The translations under genes were made by a program, and so were the position numbers. The notes beneath the pieces were generated by a model that was not told the origin of the DNA, did no database searches, and was given only the letters and a program-made list of their open reading frames with translations. Of a stretch of 64,000 nt of DNA, positions 25,001-33,212 are shown one piece after another (the first letter of the stretch is position 1; every line of letters begins with the position of its first letter). The stretch covers positions 62,001 to 126,000 of the forward strand of contig QPGO01000062.1 of assembly GCA_008632985.1 (NCBI GenBank). The letters run 5' to 3'. This DNA comes from Psammoneis japonica. Taxonomy: Eukaryota.

Positions 25001-28000
25001 ATGTTCAGGTGACCAAACCTGAAGTGCCATTCTTGAAGGAGCTTCTGACCGGTGGTGAGGTTCTGGTTGTCCTCGTGCAACACAGACAGATTGACTTGAG
25101 GAGCGGGTGCCACCCCGTTGGTCACAGACGCAACCGGCAAGTGATTTGACGCGTGCGCGACCTTGAGCGAACCGACGCCATCAACATGCACGCGAAATGA
25201 GTCCTCGTCTCCCTCACATTTTCCTGTCACGCCATGTTCCTTGCTGCAGAGGCGTTGTGGGGATAGAAGACGCTGTCCGGCCTGAGGTGCATGGTGCGCC
25301 ATCGTCTTGACGACGAGCTCAGAGCCGTCCTCGTCATGGAAAACCCAGGAGACGGGTCCGATGCCGGCGATGGTTAAGCCATTTGCTAGACCCCGAAGCT
25401 TCAATGGGCCATCAGGGATCGTCAGAGGTCCGACAAAGTCATTTTCATCGTGAGCAATGGCCAAGGATGCGCCAGTGTCGCACATGACGGTGTGGCGCTC
25501 ATGTGCCAGGCTCAGCAAAGCTTGCGGGTCGGCGGCGAGTTGTGCTAAAGAACGTTGGCCCGTCAATGCCTGCACAGAGGTATGAGTAGGACAGGCTTCG
25601 GTTCCGTCAGTAGCTGCCTGGAGAAGCTTCACAGGGTCTTGCCATGGAGTGGTGTCCACGAAACCAAACTTGGTGGACAGCTCGTCGAAACGAAAATAGT
25701 CCGGAGAGAGCTCCTCAACCGCATCAAAGTAGTGGCTCGGCTCGGTCGGGAGCGGGCCGAGGGCTTCCTCTGAATCACAGGTGTCGAAGTGGGACTCGAG
25801 GTCTTCTAGAGCTGGAGGGACACAGCGGCCTGGGGAAGAGCATGCGTCGTTCTCCCAGAGCTGCGTGAATTTCTTGCTCAGACAATGGTCCGGATCGTGC
25901 TCCACAAATTCGGCAAGCACTTGTCGCGCCTTGATCTTGTTGTGTTCCACCAAACTGCCCGGATCTAACACTATCTTATCGTCTGGTTCTTCAATGATCG
26001 AGCAGACCTGAGAGCTGGCTTTGGAGAAGCGAGAAGGGACATTGGAGAATGGATGCGTGGGAAGCTGACCGTTGAAAACAGACGCCCAGACCATGATAGC
26101 TCCAGTCAGCACCATCCAGGTAGAGGGGAAACCGTGAATGGTTGGGATGAATGCCTTGCGGCGCACACGACGAGGTAAGACAGGAATCGGCGCACAGCAA
26201 ATGTGTTGCACCGTTTCCCAGAACATGGCAAACAGCCAGAAAACTCGGAGCTTCAAGAAGTTCCAGAAAAGCTCAAGACGAGAGCTCGGCGTTGCCTCCT
26301 CGACGCTGCAATCAACATCTTGGGGTTCGGGATCGTAAAATTCGAAACCGCGACACTGGGTGCTTGGAGGCAAGTGCTCGTAGCTGTCTTCGAAAGGTAG
26401 GATGCTTGCCCCGGAAACGAGATCGTCTAACACATCGTCGGACAGACCTTCCACGTGAGTTGCGATCGTGTCATAAAACACGTCCGGATTTTGAATCTCG
26501 TGCATGGCACAGGCCGGAAATAGCTCGATAGCTGACGGCAGGGAGTCAAAAGAGGAGTGAGCGTCGGAGCACTCGGAGTGATCGTCAGCATCTTCGGGGT
26601 CAACCGTTTCAACCAAGATGGGAGCGGGTTTGGCCACGGTAGTCTCCCTCTCGGCCGATGGAGCAGGAGTGAACGAGACGGTCGCAGTCACTGGAGTCGA
26701 ACTCAAAGAGTCGTCCACAGGTGCACACCACATGCCGCAACAAACCAGCTCGTTAGGGTCAGAGGGGTCGGCTGCAGGCGGAGACGTCGTCTGCTCGGGA
26801 GGACCAAAAGGAATGCCCGAAGAGGGGTCCGACACAGCAGATAAATTTGCCGCAGCGGTGGTTTCGGTGTTGACAGACGGTTTCCCGGTGTGTTGAGCGG
26901 AGGAGTGGCCTTGACACATGCCCTTCTTGCCCGTTTCCTTGTTCACACACTTGTCGCACCAGTGCCAGGTCGTGCCTTTCTCGTCGGTGACAGTGGCACC
27001 TTTGTGAACGAAACGCCAGGCCGGCTTGGGTGGTTTCTTGGAAGGGTCAGTCTTCCGGACATCCGGAGGGTCATCCTTGGACTCGTCCGCCGTGCCCTTT
27101 TTGTCCTTCTTGTGGTGCTCCTTGCAGGTGGGACACGTGCGTTTGGTGCACCCAACCTTGCCACAGCCGCAGCAATGCTTTTCCGAGTTGTCCTTGGCGA
27201 GGTTGGATTCCGGGAGCTTGGCTGCTGAGGCAGGCCAATCTTCATCGCTAATGAGTTCGCCATGGGTCTTGGTGATCCAGCCAACAAGGCCAACAGGTCC
27301 AAGATCCGCACAGCCGGCATCCTTGGGGACTTCCGCCGGGTCACGCAAGCAACATTTGCGCTCCAAGCGCTTGACGGAGTCGAGCTTGGCAAAAACTTGA
27401 CGATTGAAAAACTCGGAGGATGTCTTTGACACCTCAGATAAAACAGCAGACCCAGTTTCAACTGGCAACGCATGGTCCGTCTGCATGATCTTGAGCAGGC
27501 GCAGAGCTTCGGTTGCAAGCTCGGTGCAGTCTTCGCCAGGGCAGTCATCCAGAGTTAAATCGTTCAACTTTTCCTTGGCGGCCTTGACGTCAACCAGAGC
27601 ACTGGCGTTGCAGGTGTCCAGAGCCATCATAAATGAGACAGACCCCGGAAGATCCTTGCAGTTCTTCAAGTGATTAAACTTGGTTTCAATCTTTTCACGG
27701 AAGGTTTCGGTGATGCGCGACTTGACGATGAGTTGTGATGAGCCGATGTCATCGATTTCACACTGATCGTAGCCTTCGTCACCTGCAGCCGCCACACGGG
27801 TCTCACATTCCTTCTCAAGGTCTTTGACAGTGAAGGCGTGAAGATGATCAAAAAGGTGCACGACCTTGCCGTCGACTTTCTTGAGATGGTAGAAAGTTTC
27901 TTGTCCGTGCGACTCGATTGAGTCCTGAATGGTCTTGACGAAGTGGTCTTTGTCCAGTTCAGCACTGGAACCGTTGGACAACTCAATCTGGCCGTTGAAC

Positions 28001-28736
28001 TTGGATGTGGTGGCCGAAGCGAGTTGATCTCTGAGAGATCGCTCGATAGAGTCGACAGCTTTTGGATGGCGACGTTGCGAGGCAAAACGGCAGGTGCGGG
28101 TGTCGGTCTGCTCGCACTTGTTGTTCAGAGCCGAACCACCCAGATGCACTCCATGAGAGTGGTGGACACCGCCGCGAAGCGGCGTGGGGATCGCAGGAGG
28201 GTTGGTCGAGGTTTGCATCTTGGCGAAGGCCTCAGCAAACATCTTGACGGTGTCAGGATCCATGGACATGGTCATGGATGATTCGACATAGAGGATCGAT
28301 TAGCAGGCAGGGATTGCGACATGGATGATCGCCGTTGGATTGCGACACAGAAGATCGCCGTTGGACAGGATGTCGTCTGTAACGAGACGAACGAGTGGCA
28401 GCAACTCCGTCACGAGTTGATGCCGGTGCGTGGATTGGGGTCGTAACCACTTGGGATGCAACAATGCACTGTGTAGGATGGAGAGTTCAGGACTCTCTTG
28501 AGGTTGTACAATGCAACAGAGGATGGCAAGAAGCAGGTTTGGGACAATGAGATGCGCTAAAGATGCGAGTTGTGAGAAGATCTCACGAGGGATTGGAGAT
28601 GACATTGTGACCCAACGGTCGTGTGTGTCACTCCGATTGCTGTTGCTAGAAGACTCAACGGACATTTCTTCCGGAAGAAGAGATCCATGACCGGGAGCGT
28701 CATCCGTGAATCAGACTCGGTTGTTGACTCGTGACT
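22054..28736 (-). mobile_element. Full-length Ty1/Copia LTR retrotransposon (~6.7 kb)
   Basis: 288-bp LTRs at 22054-22341 and 28449-28736; 5-bp TSD CCACC at 22049-22053 and 28737-28741; PPT GAGAGGGAG (minus strand, 22342-22350); PBS-like GGTTACGACCCCA (minus strand, 28436-28448); single gag-pol ORF. Confidence 0.95.
22378..28275 (-). CDS. Copia gag-pol polyprotein (gag Zn knuckle, protease, integrase, RT, RNase H), hypermutated; two assembly gaps
   Basis: CCGCGKVGCTKRTC knuckle; CDTGAS protease; WHFRFGH..CEVC integrase Zn finger; VSVD / FLADSG / HQNGVAER integrase core; RT KARCCVRGDLQ and VAHVDD (from YVDD); QLADQFAKGL RNase H end. N runs at 22520-23046 and 24093-24242. Confidence 0.93.
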   Translation of the reverse strand: MTMSMDPDTVKMFAEAFAKMQTSTNPPAIPTPLRGGVHHSHGVHLGGSALNNKCEQTDTRTCRFASQRRHPKAVDSIERSLRDQLASATTSKFNGQIELSNGSSAELDKDHFVKTIQDSIESHGQETFYHLKKVDGKVVHLFDHLHAFTVKDLEKECETRVAAAGDEGYDQCEIDDIGSSQLIVKSRITETFREKIETKFNHLKNCKDLPGSVSFMMALDTCNASALVDVKAAKEKLNDLTLDDCPGEDCTELATEALRLLKIMQTDHALPVETGSAVLSEVSKTSSEFFNRQVFAKLDSVKRLERKCCLRDPAEVPKDAGCADLGPVGLVGWITKTHGELISDEDWPASAAKLPESNLAKDNSEKHCCGCGKVGCTKRTCPTCKEHHKKDKKGTADESKDDPPDVRKTDPSKKPPKPAWRFVHKGATVTDEKGTTWHWCDKCVNKETGKKGMCQGHSSAQHTGKPSVNTETTAAANLSAVSDPSSGIPFGPPEQTTSPPAADPSDPNELVCCGMWCAPVDDSLSSTPVTATVSFTPAPSAERETTVAKPAPILVETVDPEDADDHSECSDAHSSFDSLPSAIELFPACAMHEIQNPDVFYDTIATHVEGLSDDVLDDLVSGASILPFEDSYEHLPPSTQCRGFEFYDPEPQDVDCSVEEATPSSRLELFWNFLKLRVFWLFAMFWETVQHICCAPIPVLPRRVRRKAFIPTIHGFPSTWMVLTGAIMVWASVFNGQLPTHPFSNVPSRFSKASSQVCSIIEEPDDKIVLDPGSLVEHNKIKARQVLAEFVEHDPDHCLSKKFTQLWENDACSSPGRCVPPALEDLESHFDTCDSEEALGPLPTEPSHYFDAVEELSPDYFRFDELSTKFGFVDTTPWQDPVKLLQAATDGTEACPTHTSVQALTGQRSLAQLAADPQALLSLAHERHTVMCDTGASLAIAHDENDFVGPLTIPDGPLKLRGLANGLTIAGIGPVSWVFHDEDGSELVVKTMAHHAPQAGQRLLSPQRLCSKEHGVTGKCEGDEDSFRVHVDGVGSLKVAHASNHLPVASVTNGVAPAPQVNLSVLHEDNQNLTTGQKLLQEWHFRFGHLNMPRIQGLLRAEPFLRPKFKHASRCDIPRCEVCEHAKGHRRTLKSAKHAATPEREGALRAEHLRPGQAVSVDHFESRLLGRTYDSCGKASSQQYKGGCIFVDHASGYPHVEHQLGFSAVETVRAKQAFEKHAMDHGVIIQEFLADSGAFKASAFVQHMRQHEQRLRFCGTNAHHQNGVAERGIRSVSNMARAMLLHASIRWKGGTDSSLWPVAAHIYNVTPNAQGCCPADIFTGTAVPRHRLRDIHVTPLRRSSXXXXXXXXXXXXXXXXXXXXXXXXXXXXXXXXXXXXXXXXXXXXXXXXXXXNDPRVHATAKKQKDPDMPSLHEAMRSDESEEWVEAMKIEINALLHRRAWEMVPRTADVNAPPGTWAFKLKRLPDGAPLKCKARCCVRGDLQKHGIDFFETCAPAVQWSSMRLLLTTVLKEGWTARQVDCATAFCQADIKEKVHVEPPKGFQPKSGADLVLKSLKGPHGLRQSPKCFCEKLRDGLLERGWIQSAIDPCLYFKKGVSCVAHVDDTVFAGASAQAFEAEIAKLGISNDEQHHVFDLRDEGEVSNFPGVKIQKLEDGRFLLTQPGLIEKVLRTAQMTKCNGAPAPALPTPAGSDTDGPPFEEPCDCRSVVGMLMHLASNSRPDIACATHQVARFSHAPKASHXXXXXXXXXXXXXXXXXXXXXXXXXXXXXXXXXXXXXXXXXXXXXXXXXXXXXXXXXXXXXXXXXXXXXXXXXXXXXXXXXXXXXXXXXXXXXXXXXXXXXXXXXXXXXXXXXXXXXXXXXXXXXXXXXXXXXXXXXXXXXXXXXXXXXXXXXXXXXXXXXXXXXXXXXXXXXXXXHWFRTKVEALEIKIEPVSSAAQLADQFAKGLTVDLFRTGRKALMGW

Positions 28737-29318
28737 CCACCTGCCCACCAGAGACGAAGGATGAGAAATGGCAAAGCCGAGCAAGCTGGCTGGCCACGGC
28801 TGGCATCGACACATCTGGCTTCACCCAGCAACTTGTGCAAGGCAGCAACTTCAATGCAAGTCATGGAAATCTTGACACTTCTCCAAAGTTTTTTCTGAGC
28901 AGCACACTCGACAAAGAGCCACAAAGGGGCTTTGCACCCAAAAGCCCCCATCCCTTGGTGTCCTGGCTGCTGAGAGCTGCTTTTGGCATCACAGCCACCC
29001 ACTCAGATGGTTGAAAAACTTTGGCTCAACAATTTTTCTTTTCATTTTGCAAAATTTGCAGTTCTTCTGAGCTGGCAAGGGGGGCGGCATCAGTGCATGA
29101 GGAACATGAGCACTAAACCAACGCGATCTTCTGCCACACAGACAAGGCAGGTATCTTTGCCGCGCGCATCGGACTGTGTACGGTACGTGAGGTCTCGTAC
29201 AAATTCTACGGAGAGTTGACTTACGTGTTATTGGTTATTGGGACGCAAAATCTTTTGCTTTCCGCATTGACACCACCGTTGAAGAACAAAAATGATGGGC
29301 AGGCCGTTTTCAACAAGA

Positions 29319-31714
29319 ATGGTAGCAAAATTCCAATTCTTCCTGGCCTTGTTTGGCGCTGGACGCGTTCATGGCTTTTCCATTCTTACCCAGATCCAAA
29401 ACCGCCATGTTGTAAAAGCTCGTTTGCATCCCTTGTACATGGCTGCAAGTAAGAATGCTCCGAGTGTCGATGATCCGAGGTGAGTGAGCAAAAGATGAGA
29501 TTTGAACATGAAGATGCGTTTTAGATTATTGTTTCTAATCTTATCTGATCTGTATGATAACACAGAGACATTCGAAATGTTGCCTTTGTGGGTCACTCGC
29601 ACTCTGGAAAGACCTCTTTGGCTGAATGGATGCTCTTCGATGAAAATGTGATTACCCAGAAACCATCCAACGGCCAATCAACGCTAGACAGTGATCCAGT
29701 CGAGAGCGCCAGGCATTCATCCGTGTTTTCTCATTTTGTGCGGATTCCTCATCGTAACAGTCTGCTGGAGATTTCAGACACTCCCTGGGGTGACTTTCCA
29801 ACAGACGCTCTTGCGGCTTGTGACGGCGCAGATTCAGCCGTAGTCATGGTTTCTGCCGCAGACGGAGTCCAGTCTGGAACCATTCACGCCCACGAGCACT
29901 GTCAAGATGCAGGCATTCGAACGCTTATTGCCCTTACCAAAATGGATCGGCCGTTTGTTCAAGCTCAAGAGGTTCTCGATGATATCGAGGCTAGCCTTGG
30001 AATGAAGCCAGTGCCTCTCCAAGTTCCTCTGGGCGAGGGAGAAGGCTTTCAAGGAGTTGAGCCCTTGTTTGTATTGGATGAGGATGGAAATCTTCAGAAA
30101 AGTGATGCAGATGGCCTTGAAGACGCTTGGATGAATCTGGAAGAAGCTGTCGCCATGACCGACGATGATCTCTTGATTGAATACCTTGACAAAGGCGATC
30201 TCCAACCTTCTCAAGTCTTTGATGGACTCCGCAGAGCAGTCATTCAGAACAAGATCTTACCCCTTGTGTACACATCTGCTGAACGAGATTTGGGTGTATT
30301 GGAGCTAATGGATGCCATGGTCGCCGTTCTGCCTGATCCCATGCAGGTGAGAGAGGAAGCCCTGAGGGTTGCTTGCGAGAATGACGAGGGCCGATGCGGA
30401 GTCGAGCCGGGCGTGGAAGCCGGCTTTGCAGCAAGGGTTCTGCACACCGCTATTGACTCTTTTGGCAGCCTTTCCGTTCTTCGAGTAGTATCGAACAGCC
30501 GCAACGAAAAGGAAGGCACGTTTGACTCTCTCCCTTCTGAAGCGGTCAACCTACGCACCGGCGAAAAGATCAAGGTGCCGTCGGCTTCAGCCTCCTTTGG
30601 TCTCTGCGGCAAGGAGCGCCTTGCACTGGAGGCTGGAGGGCAGATTCTTCCTGGTGATGTTATTGCTGTACCAAAACTATCCGAGAGCGTCAGAACCAAC
30701 GATGTCATTGTCGTACCATCGGCAGAAGCTGATGAACAAGATGAAATCGTCATTGAGAGCTCCACCCATACGCTGACTCCCCTAAGCAGACCTGTCGAAG
30801 ATGTTCCGCTCATGGCATCTGCAACTGTATCGCTCGCTTCAAGTGGCGGGGGCGGGGGCAAGAAGAAAGGCAAATCTAGTGCGAGTGATGACAAGCTCAG
30901 TACAGCTCTTGCCGCCATGGCCCGCGAGGACCTTGCTCTGCAGGTAGAGCAGGATGCAGCATCAGGCAAGCTACTAGTACGTTGCATGTCTGCGGATCAT
31001 CTTTCGCTTGTTGCAGCGCGCCTTGAGAATCGTTATGGTATTAAAGTTGAGTTGGGAAAACCGCCTGTCCAGTATCGAGAGACGTTGATTAAGGCAGTCC
31101 ACAACGTCGAAGGCAAGCATAGGAAGCAGTCCGGAGGATCTGGTCAATTTGGTGTGTGCTATATCAGTATGGAGCCACTTGAGGAAGGAGCTGGTATCGA
31201 GTTTGAGTCGCGCATCAAGGGAGGCGCAATCTCGAAACCCTTTATTTCCTCCGTGGAAAAGGGAGTTCGCGCAGAGCTTGAATCAGGTGGGCCAATGGGG
31301 TTCCCAGTCGCCGATGTGCGTGTTACTCTTACCGACGGAAAGATGCATTCAGTGGATTCCAAAGACATCGCCTTCCAGTCAGCAGGAAAACAGGCCGTCA
31401 AAGCGGCGCTTCAAAAGGGCAAAACTCGTCTACTCCAGCCCATGGAGAAGGTGACTTTTGTCGTTGACGAAAATCTGCAAGGTGAAATCAGTAGCATTGT
31501 GTCTCGCAAAGACGGATATGTTACACTATCTACATCCAGCAACGACCACATGGCAGAGATTGAAGCTATTCTTCCTACCGCCTGTATTGCTGAAGTATCG
31601 GAAGTACTGCGGGCTGAGAGTGCAGGAGAAGGTCAATACACGTCTGAATTCTCGCACTACCAGCCAGTGCCTGAGACCCTGGTGAAAGAAATCACCACGA
31701 ACCTCGAGCCTTGA
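29319..31714 (+). CDS. Elongation factor G-like protein (divergent, EF-G2-like), predicted plastid-targeted; exons 29319-29479 and 29566-31714
   Basis: Spliced N-terminus MVAKFQFFLALFGAGRVHG|F... (signal peptide, Phe, transit peptide), then DIRNVAFVGHSHSGKTSL. Later motifs PPVQYRET, EGKHRKQSGGSGQFG, DGKMHSVDSKDIAFQ, LLQPMEKV, EFSHYQPVP. GT-AG intron 29480-29565. Confidence 0.88.
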
Positions 31715-32422
31715 ATCTTCATTGTATGATAAGCTGTGCTACGCATCCCGTCCATGCGCATCCTGTTTGATCACTGACTGATGTATACCAGGCATAGAAT
31801 AACGATGATTGTCGCGTTCTAACTGAAGCAAAATTAATGTTAGTGGTTTCCCACGTTTTACTTCTGCCCTCGAACTGCTCACTAACGCGTTTTGCAAACC
31901 TCCGATGTTTCACGTCAGCTGTAGAAGCTCGAGCTGATGTAGCACTGTTAGACTGTTATAGTGACTTCCAGGTCTTTTGCTCTGTTCTTTTGTTCTCGTT
32001 TTTTTTTTTTGGTTTTTGGGCACAAAAGCGAGAGCGAGGAGGGGAGGGGTGACCTGGGATGTCGGTGAAGGCAGAAAAAGGAAAAGGGCGTAAGACATGC
32101 GTGACTGCAGTTTCGTCTCAGGCCATTACTATCAGCATAGACAGTCTTTTGTTTAAGCCTCAATCTTGTTTAGTAGGCCTATCGTTAAATAATTCAATGC
32201 GGTTTTCTTTTCAAAGACATATTAAATGGCCTAGTTTGTGTCAATTCATGGAGTCACTCCCGAAAGCTACGAGCGACTCAAATCAGAATCCCAATCGAGG
32301 TTCGAGATTGTAGTTCTTTTTCAGGTTGCTCCTACCAAAAAGCTGTTTATGAACACAAAACTGCTGTACGTTTCAGCACAAAGTACAATACAAAGATATC
32401 GCAACGACAAACAAGAAAAAGA

Positions 32423-32985
32423 ATGGATCTAGACACATCAACATCCTCCTCCGATGCGTTGATTGCGCTCCGTGTGTTCTTCAACATGTACGAGAATGAT
32501 GGTAAGGAGGAAGCAATTTGCTCGCAGGAATCAACTGATTTTGACGCCCGACTCACTCAGCTATTTGGGCTTCTTCTTGCGCAAAAGGATACATTTCATT
32601 TAATGACATGCAAGAGACAATGGAAAGATTGGGGTATCCTTCATCAGCGTTATCGGATATCGAGAGCGCAATGAAGCTTCTTGGATATCCTCCCTACGGC
32701 TTCACATTCTTCAATTTCGTGGGAATTGTATGTTATGTCAATAGCTTCAACAACCCAAAGAATCACCAGGACGCAGAAACCAATCTGAGAGACGTCTTTA
32801 GAGTGTTTTGTAGTGATTTCAATGGCTCTGTTTGTAGAAAAGAACTACAGAGCAATCTTGCGCAAATTGGATACGAAGTACAAGGCGAAGATTTGGAGTT
32901 ACTCGTCAAATCGACAAACGTCGCGCCGCGAGAAGAACTTGACTTCGAAACATTCAAACTCCTCACGAGCTCCATCAAGACCTAA
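32423..32985 (+). CDS. Calmodulin-like EF-hand protein; exons 32423-32501 and 32588-32985
   Basis: Splicing restores YEND-GYISFNDMQETMERLG; later LRDVFRVFCSDFNGSVCRKEL and LDFETF. Confidence 0.7.
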
Positions 32986-33212
32986 GAGAAACGACGTTGG
33001 CGTGATATTTGAAAACAAATCACTTTTCTACATGACATGCATATACCGTCCTTATATACATACAATAACGAAACAGCGCGTAGTCGATTCGACGTGGCTG
33101 AGATGAAAACCTAGATGACATTGCATAAATACTATTACAAAAGATCGTCGTAGACAAGAATAGCATCCTCACCCGTATGCGCATAGTCTATTTTTTGTAT
33201 TTCTGTCCTCGT

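Noticed and set aside
22378..28275. Alternative genetic code (Cys/His codons read as Tyr)
   Set aside because: Neighbouring host genes use Tyr normally, and non-coding repeats show the same DNA-level changes.
22054..28736. Classical fungal RIP or CpG deamination as the sole cause
   Set aside because: RIP would increase TpA and stop codons. CpG is abundant in this element, and conserved Tyr codons show TA was ancestral.
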